Both the position numbers and the translations under genes were made by a program. Below are positions 24,751-38,040 of a stretch of DNA of 64,000 nt, one piece after another; within the stretch, counting starts at the first letter, position 1; the number at the start of each line of letters is the position of its first letter. This DNA comes from Octopus vulgaris (lineage: Eukaryota): positions 132,804,001 through 132,868,000 of the forward strand of contig OX597815.1 of the NCBI GenBank assembly GCA_951406725.2. The letters run 5' to 3'. The notes under the pieces were generated by a model. That model was not told the DNA's origin. It saw only the letters and a program-made list of their open reading frames with translations, and did not search any database.

Positions 24751-27492
24751 ATACTATTGAAGCAAGAAAACCGGAAATGGCAAAATAAACAAACACTGTA
24801 AGATCATAGATTTTGTAAATACTTATGATAGCCGAGTCAACACCAACGAAACTGAAAACGAATTAGAAATATTAGGATCGAACCAGAGCGCTGAGGAGAC
24901 AGTGGAAGGCCAAAAAAATTATTCGTGTAATAATTGGTACACTTGGCACAACACCCAAAGTGATTTATATTGAAACTCACATTGTCGACCTGAAGGAAAT
25001 ATCCGTCTTATATTCTGCAAGAATGCCACGGAAGATTCTTGAGATTTGTGGAGACTTGCAGTCACCAAAAGAAAAAATACATGTCAATTCAATTAACATG
25101 CTCTAGCACAATAATGGTTCAAATTTTGGCACAAAAACCAGCAGTGTCGGGGGGAAGGGTTAAGTCGATTACATTGACCTCAGTGGCCAACTAATACCTA
25201 TTTTATTGCCCCCGAAAGAATGAATGGCAAAGTCAATATTATAGTTAACAAGAAAAAAGGGGGCCAACATTATCGATGTATTTATCCAAGGAGATATTAG
25301 GCTGGAAAATAAAGAGCATGGAATGATGGAAGATTATGAGCCACTGAAGGAAGAGATTTGAAAAGCTGTGGGGAATGAAGAGTGTTTTAGTGATTCCTGT
25401 GATGATCGGAGTATTGGAATACATATGGGATAGTTTCGAGGACTATGCAAGTAAAATCGGTGTTGATACTAGGTTACAGGTCATGCAGAAGACAGCACGT
25501 CTTGGTACAGCAAAGATTTGAGGGAAAGGCTTGTCTGTGTAAGTCACAGCAGAGGAAGCAGTAGGGGCTTTCCCTAATTAAAATGTCAGGACCGTTTAAC
25601 ATCTTAGTCTGTGAGATTTATGAACAAATGAAACAATAATATTGTTGCATCTATTGGTTACAGGGGCGTGACGTAGACAGATGGCATATGTTATACAAAA
25701 TGACTTCAAACAAACATGATGTGAGGTGCGTATACAATAAATGGAGTTATGGAGGCGGTAATGTGATAGAGCATAAAACACAAAGTTACAATATATAACA
25801 ACACAAAGTCACTTGCATAGAAAACAGCAGGGATGTAAGGAATATCAGGGTACTATAAGACACCAACAACCTCATGTTTTGAGTAATTTCTTTCTCTTGA
25901 CTGCAGCCTTCAATCCATAGATTAATTCGAGTACCTGCGCGATCACACGTACCCATACACAAATTCCTCAAATTTTCTAGAGGACATTATAGTTAACCAC
26001 ATTTTTACTTTCAGCTTTCAGTTGGTAAAGACTTGATGGGCAAGTTAAGTTCCTAACTTGATCCCTTCTAAATGCGACACCCTAGCGATCTCTTTACCAG
26101 AGACATCAGTCAGAAAAAAATGCTCATCCCTTCGATAAGTCAATATTTAGGATGATCTCATCCAACAACAGATTCATCCCATACATAATAACGACCATTT
26201 GACACGGCCCCACATAGTAACAATATGGGGAAACTGGCCCTGGTATGGGTCTTCAGTAAATAGCAAGATATCCTTCAGAAGCATTATAAACTAATGTCAT
26301 GCAAATTAGGAAAATAAATGTCCTAAAAATACTGAGTATTTTCACTCCACTGGAATCTAACACATTTTATCAACATGGTAAACTTTACCAAAGTTGGATA
26401 TAGATACTATGGCAGAATATTTGTATATGTACGATGTCAATTTGTACATTGAATATGATAAACGACTTGAAACACTGTGGCACAGAATGCATCCATTTAA
26501 CAGAGAAATTAATATGAGGTTAATATTAGAGAAGATAGAACTAAAGCAAAATTAGCGAAAGATGAGTTAATTAAGAACATTGATATCACATGCGGTAAAT
26601 CAAGAGGAGACATTGCAAATGAAAACATCTGCAAAGAGTCAATCACCTGCAGACAATCAAGGATTCCTTTTACATCCAAGTTTCCTCGGTTACCAAAAGC
26701 AAATCCGCTCTCCTAAATGCTTCTACAATTCACAGGAGCTGCTGAAACTAGGCATGTCATATGGGCTCCTCTAACTATTGTCTTCCACCTTTCAGTATGT
26801 ACAGCGTTTCCTTCTCAACCTCAACTTCCTCTAAAATTGAAACTTTGAAAATCGGATGTAGGGTTGGTTGAAAAATATGTCATTAACCTTCTCTAGCACA
26901 CACTCTACATCACGACATCGAACAGAGAGAAGAAAATTAGTTGCCCTTCTTCGTCAAAGAAATGTTACGGCGCAATCTTCCCATTGGACTCGACTTAGAG
27001 CCGGCTCAGGCTCTACACATATAAAATAACTGTTCGACAAGATTCAACATGTCGCTTTCATCGATCTGTACAACTATTGATCAGGCACGGATGATGATGC
27101 TATCATGACTGAAGTGTTTATCTCGAACTGGGATGTCATTCCTGAGAGGCCCTCAAAATATACTAATCTGTTGATATAACCAGTCGCGATTAGTCGAGAT
27201 GATCACATGTTTGCTCTCCCGAGAGGACTGTAATCTAACGATGGCATAAATTTATAAAATGTGGCTGGTTGCATGCAAAGTGTGCATGTCGACTCATTCC
27301 CAATTTATTTACACACACTCTCCCTCAGTGCTTAAGTTACTTCCTTTCATGCATTCAGCAGTTATTTATATACAAATGAGCACAACCAATGCCTACTGCT
27401 TTTAACATTGTTATAAGCTTTGATTTGCTTCCTCTTGCAGTTGGATTACCGCCAGCGGAAACTCTTGATAAGACATTATCTTGTTTACCTAA

Positions 27493-28115
27493 GGCGGCGA
27501 GCTGGTAGACAAGTTAGCACGCCGGGCGAAATGCTTAGCGATATTTCGTCTGCCGATGCGTTCTGAGTTCAAATTCCACCGAAGTCAACTTTGCCTTTCA
27601 TCCTTTCGGGGTCGATTAAATAAATACCAGTTACGCACTGGGGTCGATATAATCGACTTAATCCGTTTGTCTGTCCTTGTTTTTTCCCTCTGTGTAGCCC
27701 CTTGTGGGCAGTAAAGAAATAGGTATTTCGTTTGTCTTTACGTTCTGAGTCAAATTCTGCAGAAGTCGACTTTGCCTTTCATCCTTTCGGGGTCGATAAA
27801 TTAAGTACCAGTCGCATCCTGGGGTCGATCTAATCGACTGGCCCCCTTCTCAAAAATTTCGGGCTTTTTGCCTTGAGTAGAAAAGACATTATCTTGTTCA
27901 GTTAAGGCGGCCAGCTGGCAGAATAGTTAGCGCGCTGGACAAAATGCTTAGCGGTATATCGCCCGTCACTGTTCTGAGTTCAAATTCCTCCGTGGTCAAG
28001 TTTGCCTTTCAGCTTTTCGGTTTCATTAAAATAAGTACCAGTTACTTTCTGGGGTCGATGTAATCGACTTATCCCTGCCCTCAAAATTTCAGGCTTTGTA
28101 CCTGTAGTAGAAAGG
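27493..28115 (+). mobile_element. Dimeric SINE B (27493-27883) with TSD, followed by an older monomer (27906-28115)
   Basis: Central domain present twice, with tail 1 then tail 2; direct repeat AGACATTATCTTGTT at 27471-27485 and 27884-27898. Confidence 0.85.
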
Positions 28116-30119
28116 GTTATCTAGTTTAGCTTTTTACAGTTTGCCTTGCGGAGATATGCCTATTGTTTAACCATAGGTTGTATTTACATAGCGAATATGA
28201 ATGCATGTTTATTAAACGCACATTTGTGAACGCAATCACGTTTTAAATGGATTATTGTTTCATCTATTTTCCGAATAATTATATTCCTACTTTATGAAGT
28301 CTTCACAATGCTTACAATGTATCAAAATATATTGTTTTCTTATACATATTTAAAGGAGAGAAAAATTAACCTTGCATTACATTGAAAAATATATTGATAT
28401 TGTTCGCTGAAAAGTTCCTTTAGAATTTAAAATTTAATCCATATTTAAAGAAAAAAGAAGATAGTTGAAATATATTTACTTGATAAAGTAATTGGAGATT
28501 CGAAGAGAATTCGAGTGAAAAATTCTGAATTGTTTTCAATGGTGGAATCGTATTATGCGTTAGTTTTCCCATTGATTAAAATAATATCGATGGTTTATCG
28601 ATGTTTATGAATAACTAGATTTGTATAGAATAATATGTGATAAATAAAATTTCTCTTTGAATAACATCTTATGATTTGTAAAGTTTTATTTATTGAATAT
28701 GCTGTATATGATTTAATTTGCCTCTATTGATTTATCGGTTTGTGTTTTATAATCAACGTTTTAGTTATGATAATTAGATATGTGACAAAACACAGAGGAC
28801 TGGGAGAATCACTAAAGCTTTGCAGTAATTATTCTTACTCCTTATGATCTAAGTTCAAATTCTATTGAGATACCCTTTATCTCACGTATTTTCACAATCG
28901 ACAAAATTAAGTACGACTCTTGAGTTCGATTTAATCGATTGCCTACATCCCCCAATAATCAATGACCCACCACTATAGAGTAGAGCCGGAATTCTCAATG
29001 GTATGGGAAGGGTAGACAAACTACTGTATATCGCCATCAATGTTATCGCACTTTAACGCAATATTTTATTATCAAGACACACACATAAACACACACAGCC
29101 TTTGGTTCATTCATACCTACATATAGACACATACGTTTTTCCTTCTCTCCTTCTTCCTCTCTCTCTCTCTCTTTCTCTTTCTCTCTCTCTCTTTCTCTCT
29201 CTTTCCCTCTCAAAGTAAACCCAATTAAAAGAGATAACTCGAAAGAAAAAGAAACTCGCAGAAAATTAATAGTTGTCTACGCCCCTAGTGATCATTAAGT
29301 GACCGGACGAACCGTGATTCATATTCTGGCGCAGTCAAGTTTCTAGATATAACAGCTAGCATCTTTTAAATCGCAACCTAACATCTCAGCTAAAAGAAAT
29401 GTGAAGGCTATACTGAACAATTCAGTCGTAGATATATGATTTACAGGAAAGTAATGTTATACACGCTTGCGATAAAATATCACCACAATCAACGCTGGCC
29501 ATTTAATAGTAATATAACCTGACTACATTTTATCGCACTCGCAATAATCAGTATATAATTATAATTTATTCCTTCTAAAATTGAGTTCAAAATATCATTT
29601 ATCAACTATTTTTCCAAGCATTTGTCTTCATTGTGTTTTTTTTTTATCTGACTATTTTACGCAACAATCGATTTTACTTTTTACCGTGTTTCATTTATAT
29701 CTGTCGTTCCTACTGTGGCAATGTCCGCTTAGGTATTATATTCGTTCCGCTTAGGCATTATATTCGTTCACAGCACACAAAAATATGTATACACACACAT
29801 ATAAATAGGTGTGTACGTGTGTGTGTGTATGTGTGTATGCGTGTGTCTGTGTGTGTGAGCTATATGTGTAATAGTTCTTTACATCGTACACTCTCAACTT
29901 CACTTAAGCAGTCTGTCAGGCTTCCACATAAACTTGTAAGTTGTCGGGTTAGTAATGACCTCTCTGTGGTACTAAAATTGATTTGTGATCCTTTCAAATA
30001 GCTTGTGAGTAACAGAGGTAATTATATACGTGCCTGTGTGTGCACGTGTATGCGCTTTGCGCATCTATCTGTCTGTCTGTCTGTCTATATATCAATGTAT
30101 CTATCTACCTACCTATCTC

Positions 30120-30170
<51 letters not shown>

Positions 30171-30343
30171 ATCAGTCTATCTATCTTTCTATCTATCTAT
30201 ATATCTATGTGTATATGTATATAAGAGCAGTTTTAGAAAATAGCCTTCCTTCTTACGTTGTGTCGAATAAAAGCGTTCATTTTTTTAACTTAACAGCTTT
30301 TCTAACTGCAGATAGGATAGAAATAAATATCTTTATTGTTGAC

Positions 30344-30428
<85 letters not shown>

Positions 30429-31245
30429 GGGGGGTGTATGCGTATGTGTGTGTATACTTGCATTGCGTAGAAGATACATGGTACAGTTGTTAGGTTCTAT
30501 GTTCAATTCCCGACCCAGGTCGTACGAAGTCAGCTTGGCTAAAACACTTGATTTCTTGTTGGGCCGGTCTGTTCTCCTCATAGATACCAGAGTCCTGATA
30601 CAGCTCTCTTTATCTCTCCCCTCCCTCTCTCTAACACTCCCCGTCTTTCTATCTCTCTTTATCCCACTCTCTCTCTTTCCCTCTGCAGCTATTCTCTCCA
30701 GGATGTTGCAACAGTTCAAGGGTGGAGGTCACCCGCTCCCGATTGACGGCTGACTGCATTGCAATCTACGTAAACAATGTTAAATACCTTATACTTCTGT
30801 TTCTTAGTATATCAGCCTTGTATTTTCTCGTTTCGATATCCTTAAACCGTATCTGACCGACGGTTTTTATTTCTTTTATAAATTGTAGTCAAGCTAAGTC
30901 ATCTTTTATGTCTAGTGAGTAGAAAACTCAAAATAACACCAGTAATGAACAGGAATATTGTAGTGCACATGTTCCTTTCAAATATTTTGTTTTAGAGAAA
31001 CTCATTGCGTCTACTTCGAGTTTCATTTATTAGGAGCGAAAAGATGAATACTGGAGGCTACAATACGGCTACAAAGTAATTTAAGCCTACTGTATTACAG
31101 ATTTTGGTTACATCTTTACCAAGCAAAACCTGTTGTTGGCTGAACACAAATCGACTTCCTTGATGCAAATTTATATTCTGAAAACCCTCTATCTCTCTTT
31201 CGCTCTAAATAGGTATATATATATATATGTGGCAGACACCTACGC

Positions 31246-31368
<123 letters not shown>

Positions 31369-31780
31369 ATAATGTTTTGTTTTTTTACTTGTTTCTGGAA
31401 TTTGACTGCGGTCATACGGGTGCACCGACTTGAAGAATTTTTTTGTTTGAACAAATCGACCCTAGGACTTATTTCTATCGGTCTCTTGCACCGAATCTTT
31501 AAGTTACGGGCGTGTAAACACACCAACTCTGGTTATCAAACGGTGGTACAAACACAGACACAAAGACACATTTATATAGATATACACAAATATACATATA
31601 AATATATATACATACACTTTCATATGGCAACTGGCTTTACTGTTTAGTATAGTTACTGCTCTGGTCTCTTCCTGAGATTTTACAACTAGCTAATTTGCCT
31701 GTTGTAAATCAGGGACCGATGGTCACTTTGTTTACAATACATTGTTAGCATTCGCGGACTCTGGCTATCGCTCTGTCGTA

Positions 31781-31848
31781 CAGGTGCTCGCGACTGAGGA
31801 TGGGCCATAGAGCTCGAAATTGAGTCAGTCTCGCGATTCCGAAACCTG
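31781..31848 (+). ncRNA. Apparently intact type I hammerhead ribozyme (family H3)
   Basis: Stem I TCGCGA/TCGCGA, extended by CAGGT/ACCTG across an internal loop; core CTGAGGA (31794-31800); stem II GGGC/GCTC; GAAA (31816-31819); helix III ATTGA-G-TCAGT; GUC triplet at 31828-31830. Confidence 0.82.
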
Positions 31849-31883
31849 CTGGGGGCTAGTAGTGGTTTGCTCCCCCTGCAAAC

Positions 31884-31942
<59 letters not shown>

Positions 31943-32391
31943 CATGCACACACGAATATCTATATGTATATGTAAACCCACCCTACCCCACCACACACAC
32001 ACATGCACACACACACATATATATATATAACGTTACAGAGTGCGGTTTTTGTACGACAAATAAAGAATTATATTAGAGTTGGATTTAAAGTATAAAATTG
32101 CAAATCTAAATGTGCACATGCAAAACAATGTCGATGATTGCATCCATTGTGATATATGCTGTAACACATGAAAAGATCGAATATATCAGGAAGAAGAAAG
32201 GAAAAACAACATCAATTATATTTCAATCTGTTCGTTCCCAGATTCGTTTTAATAATTCATATCACTGTACTTATATGACATGTGTTTGGATAGGTCTGTT
32301 CAAAACTATTATTTCTGTATGAACATTTTCTCCGAAGAAATTATGCATGCACATACTGCGTAAATACAGTAGTATGCGTTACTGAAAAAGC

Positions 32392-32444
<53 letters not shown>

Positions 32445-32740
32445 ACGTGTAACATTTCGCTGTTTTTTTCTGTCCTTGTTTTCGTATACATTCGCTGCAT
32501 TCATCCAAGGAATCTAATGCTCATAGCTTAGGTTTTCCTTGGGGTTGGCCAGATTGGAGCAATCTCGAGTATAACCAGCTAAAATTGCAAAGATGATCTG
32601 GAACACGACTGAGGATAGAAAACTCCGAATGACCCGTCCTTGTTTTCTTTGTATCGTTGGTCTGGATGTTTTGTTGTCACTTTTTTTGTATCACCTGTCT
32701 GGATGTTTTGCGTTCTTGTCCCATTTTTGTACTATATATA

Positions 32741-32815
<75 letters not shown>

Positions 32816-33095
32816 AGAGAGAGAGATTTAATAATGTTTAGATTTCAATAAAAAAAGAGAACGACTATACATATATTTGTGAGCTGATGAGAAAATTAAA
32901 TTATAACCAATCGTATTCTGTACTCGAATTCGCTGCCCATATATGAAATATAGGAAATTATATTTTTCCTTAATATATTTAAGAATCTGCACGGAAAAAC
33001 AAAAATGTTTAACTGTATAACCGTACTCTTTATTAGTGTCCATCTTACAATCTATGTATGCATGTATGTATGTATATAAAAGAACATTATTTTTC

Positions 33096-33168
<73 letters not shown>

Positions 33169-33201
33169 CATGTAAAATGTATTATATATACAGGTTCAAA
33201 T

Positions 33202-33272
33202 AGACCTACACATGTTTCCACTGCATCGATTACTAACCCTACTGTAATTCCGGTGCAGTTTCTTCGGAGTCT
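33202..33272 (-). ncRNA. Type I hammerhead motif with a long stem II (family H4), core U4>C
   Basis: Minus strand AGACT-CCGAAGA-a-ACTGCA...TGCAGT-g-GAAAC-ATGT-GTA-GGTCT. Confidence 0.65.
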
Positions 33273-33289
33273 TTATATTAATATCATTT

Positions 33290-33334
<45 letters not shown>

Positions 33335-33938
33335 CAGAATGAAAAAAATACTTCTCTGCCAATATGATGAAAAATAGACGCTAAATCGTCTAACCACAAA
33401 AACTATTTTCACTTATATTATTACACCATGTGTCGAAACGTGGAAAGCAAGCTAAAAAAAGTTCAGAAAAATATACTTATCCCCGAATCTGTTCCGATTT
33501 CTGGATTGATCCAAAAATGATTCTTCCTTCATCAGCGAAGAACACAAAATGAACATAAATGAAATACTTAGGCATACCCACAGAAATGCAGATGCAAATC
33601 ATGAATACATTTAAGTACCTGAAATATATCCAAATAGAAATTCCATAGCAATCCTCAATACCAGCGTAGTCGGTTAGGAAATGCACATTAGAGGTTAACC
33701 AGTCCCGAAGTGAATGAGAATTAATTTACTTCTAATATAAGGCTGAAATTTGGCCAGCGTATGAAAAATACCTTTAAGGCGAAAATTATTTTTCAGCATA
33801 TTGGCAGCAAAACTTTTTCTTCTTTCTGCTCTTACTTATAATTGTATTTATAATCCTTACCTGGCCACTGATAAGATTTTTGAATATGATTTTATTCTTA
33901 TATTAGAAGTATACATATATATACATCTATATATACAT

Positions 33939-34000
33939 AGACCTACCAATGCATCGATTAGTAACCATACTATAATGCCTGTGCGGTTTCTTCAGGGTCT
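33939..34000 (-). ncRNA. Second H4 hammerhead copy (core CTGAAGA intact, GAAAC/helix III deleted)
   Basis: Homologous to 33202-33272; stem I AGACC/GGTCT. Confidence 0.55.
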
Positions 34001-34016
34001 TCATATTAATGTCCTT

Positions 34017-34085
<69 letters not shown>

Positions 34086-34089
34086 CATA

Positions 34090-34149
<60 letters not shown>

Positions 34150-34171
34150 CATATATATATGTGTGTATATA

Positions 34172-34204
<33 letters not shown>

Positions 34205-34216
34205 ATATAAATATGT

Positions 34217-34767
34217 CAGGTCACTTTCGAGTGCTACTGGTAACATGTAAACCACTACAACCTGTTGCATGGTCGAGTCGTCGGTGACTAAACCGGCAAC
34301 CCCACCAAGCTTGCTTGGTGAGGATGATGTTTATTGGGCACCCTGCGGGATGGAAAACAAAACCCGTCAAAGGGCGGAGGAACTCTTGAGAGTCAATGGC
34401 CATCCAATAAATGTCTTAATGTTGTATCATGCGCGGGAACATAGAAATAATCGGACTGAATACCCGATCGCGCGGTTAAACCATTGGGAGTGAAGGACTC
34501 CTAGCTTTTGTTAGGGCATCCTTCTAGGAGACGGTAACTCAGGTAACTGGGATAACTCCGATATAAAACCTGCGGCTCAGTGGTTACCGATGATGTTGAC
34601 TTGTTCTTCTTTTCGGATTATGGGTGCTGTTACTTAGTGAGTGGGATTGACTCAGAGCACAGCCTTTCCTCACTTTAAAAAAAATCTTCTTGCACAGGCA
34701 TTGCACGATAACAACATTGATTAAGCTTCGTGCAATGTCCATACTCGATAACCAGGGGGCAGCCACC

Positions 34768-34768
<1 letters not shown>
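34217..34768 (+). mobile_element. GC-richer ~550-bp element inserted in (TA)n, resembling an RTE-clade 5' UTR
   Basis: Contains GGCATCCTTCTAGGAGACGGTAACTC...ATAAAACC, similar to the CTAGGAGAAGGAAAACTC..AAACC motif recalled from RTE 5' UTRs. Bounded by TA tracts. Confidence 0.45.
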
Positions 34769-34838
<70 letters not shown>

Positions 34839-36661
34839 GTATGTATAGTATAGGAGAGGAAAAATTATAATAAAACAGAATGCTAAATTGAAAGTAAATT
34901 TTAATAAAAATGGGTGTATAGAAAATTAAAAAAGAAAAAATAATAAATCAAACCGGTTTTCACCGCAAGGCAAATTTCCAAGATTTAGAAGGGGAAAAGA
35001 ATTTTTTTTTTAAATTCAGGAAGGAGAAAAATAAATTTGCAATGTTTTTGTTTTCAAAAAAATAATAATACATATATACAAAAATTAATAAATAAGTATA
35101 CCGATACATTGTAGAGTCTTTATGCTTTTAGAGTTCAATAATAGTCCTGGGAAAAATTTCTTTGGAGGATTAAGATCCATGTGCTTAAAAGTAGTACTTG
35201 GTTTAAAGCGTTTGTTAAATGAGTGTCAAAACAGGAAATAGGATAGGAAAGAGAGAGACAGACAGACAGAGTGAGAGAATGGTATAGGTAACATATGCAT
35301 TCGAAAGTCTTAAATTTAAACTTTTATTATATTCATATGTCTAACAAACAACAGTGAAGGAAATTCACAGCATGTTATGTTTAGATGTATTGTACCTCAC
35401 ACTATACTAAAATATTTCATTATTTGCTCTTGTGAACGGTAACTGTAGCTCATTTCTTCGAATGTACGTAATTATATTTGATATTTCACTCATGTGAGTG
35501 GGTGTCAAGAGGTTTACGAGTAATTCATTCGACCATTGATACGTGTTCAAATTAATCAGCAACAGCTGCGAATCAATGTTTATAAACGTAATATGTAGCT
35601 AAAAACGGAACGCATCAAACAAGATGGCGACTCGTATAAATGCTGCATAATGATATTTCTAATGTTTCCATAAATTATAGACTATAATTAATATTTTATC
35701 CTTTTTGAAAATGCATGCAAATGATGAATTGTTGCCTGCTAACATTATATCAGTTTAGATATTGATACTAAATGCACTCAGCGTGTATATATGCGTGTGT
35801 ACTGGTGTATGATTGCTTTGCGTGTCCTTGTAAGTAAATATGTACATACATACACACATATCGTTATTATTTCCAATAAATGTTTCATTTACAAGACATA
35901 CAGGGAGCTATATATATATATTCATGAATATCTATAATACGGAAATATCTTTTGCCTAATGTTTTACTTGTTTTGCACTTTTGGACTGCGTAGTCGAACA
36001 AGTCGATTCTAGCTCTTCCTCACAACCGCTAACTTACGGAGAGCTAACCGAGCCAAACCGACTGACAAGTGGTCTGCGGACAAACGCAATCATGAATATA
36101 CACCAAACACACACAAACGCACACGCTCACATATAAACATTTATATATACATATACATATATAAATATCGAGTGCAAAAAGTGCAATGAATAAATCAGCT
36201 GGAGCATTTGTTTTCCTGGAGTTAAATGGTAGTAGTGTCGTCTCTTACAGAACAGTCACTTCAAAGTGGCCATTTGCAATACTTTTTAGTTCGTATTATG
36301 CTTCGAACAGAGATTTTCTAACGGACTAGTTTCCTAAATATAAGATCAGTGATTGTATGACACTGTGTTTTTTATATATTGCAAGCTAGGTAAACTGCTG
36401 CCATGCTTGGCAACGAGTAACCACCAGCGAAAAGATCCAATACAGATCAAAATTGCGTTGGCAGGAGTTATCTTCCACTTGCAATAAGGATCGAGTGCGA
36501 TGTCTTCCTGGAATTAAATGGCACTATCATCTCAGAGGACAGCCACATTAAAGTGGCCACAAGCAATACTATATGTGTGTGTGTGCGTACGTGCGTGTGC
36601 GTTCATGCATGTATATGCATGTGTGTGCATGTGTGTGCATGTGTGGGTATGTATGTATGCA

Positions 36662-36945
36662 TGCCGTAAGATCGTGAGTTTGATTCCCGGCGACGCGTTA
36701 TGTCCTTGACCACGACACTTTATTGCACGTTGCTCCAGTCCACTCAGCTGGCAAAAATGAGTAGTACCAGTATTTCAAAGGGCCAGTATTGTCACATTCT
36801 GTCGCACACTGAACATCCCTGAGAACTACGTGAAGGGTACACGTGTCTGTGGAGTGCTCAGCCACTTGCAAGTTAATTTCATGAGCAAGCTGTTTCGTTG
36901 ATCAGATCATCTAGAACCCTCGTCGTCGTAAGCGACGGAGTTCCA
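36662..36945 (+). mobile_element. SINE family A, head 2 + tail Y (5'-truncated)
   Basis: GTTTGATTCCCGG..CACTTTATTGCACGTTGCTCCAGTCCACTCAGC..CCTCGTCGTCGTAAGCGACGGAG. Confidence 0.8.
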
Positions 36946-37147
36946 TTTGTATATATCTGTATGTGTGTGTATGTGTCCATGTATATAAGTATGTGTGTGT
37001 GTTTGTATGTGTATGTGTGTGTGTAAATATGCATATAGACGTTCCCATACACACACGGAGATACACACACAGACGTACGCACACGCAGATACATGCACGC
37101 ACATACATACATACATACATACATACATACATACATACATACATACA

Positions 37148-37181
<34 letters not shown>

Positions 37182-37757
37182 CATGCATACACACATACAT
37201 ACACACATTCATACAAACAGAAACAGAAATCATGCAAGAAATTACACAACGCCTATGTAAGATTTATTTATAGTAAGAGTGTATCGGATTCAACCTCTGA
37301 TATCCTAACATCTGTAGGAATTGAACAACCAAACAGGAAACAATTTATTCATTAAATTTGAACAATTAATAAATCCAGTGTGTAAATCATGCATCTTAAT
37401 TTCCATCTATCGGGCTTAACCAAATGGAATTTCCCAAATTAATAATATTTGATGATAGAAGAAATTTGAAAAATAATTATCTTTCAGTGGGATATATTGG
37501 CTTCAAGCATTCATTCGGAGGAGAAACAAATACCGAATAATTAGGATCTTGGAGATCTATTTCCTGTATTTAGGAAGCAAACACAAAGGAAAATGATTTG
37601 AAATTCAATTCGGTGAAATATAATGTACCTGTGCTAACGAACAAAAGATGTTTCTGGTTCGTTCTGGAACTATGTAAGTCCTAAAATATCGTACACATAT
37701 GTGTACACATATACAGATACACGAACATTCAGACATATATATATACATATATATAGG

Positions 37758-37814
<57 letters not shown>

Positions 37815-37865
37815 ACCGTTAGCTCCTACACGCATTTTTTTCTCTCCTTGTTTCTTTTCTGTGTA

Positions 37866-37903
37866 TCTTTCTGTCGAAGAGCGTAGGCTCAAAACGTAAA
37901 AGA
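37866..37903 (+). ncRNA. Second H1 hammerhead-like motif (degenerate)
   Basis: TCTTT-CTGTCGA-A-GAGC-gtag-GCTC-AAAAC-GT-A-AAAGA. Confidence 0.45.
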
Positions 37904-38008
37904 CTTGTTTTATTTCTATTCCTGAGCGCCATACTAATACAATTGTTTGTTTGTACTCCACCTGCCTTCGTCTTTTGTTTATTTTCGTAAACCTTCCCGA
38001 TATATATC

Positions 38009-38040
<32 letters not shown>

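Larger units (their letters stand above)
21645..25560 (+). mobile_element. Decayed R4/Dong-type LINE (RT to RLE) split by a mariner and SINEs, plus a further 3' stub at 25240-25560
   Basis: INHPLYIINVK..ELDSLIQTMRMF..GMMFGIDKC (21650-21800); IVAQKQSLRTNLIKATIDK..KCR..ESMNHL..YKRRH (24300-24470); LWGMKSVLVIPVMIG..MQKTARLGTAKI (25365-25520). Confidence 0.7.

Noticed and set aside
34325-34385. Twister or HDV-like ribozyme
   Set aside because: Nested stems and a GGAGG end are suggestive, but the UAA and loop-4 consensus of twister and the P3/P1.1 elements of HDV could not be fitted.
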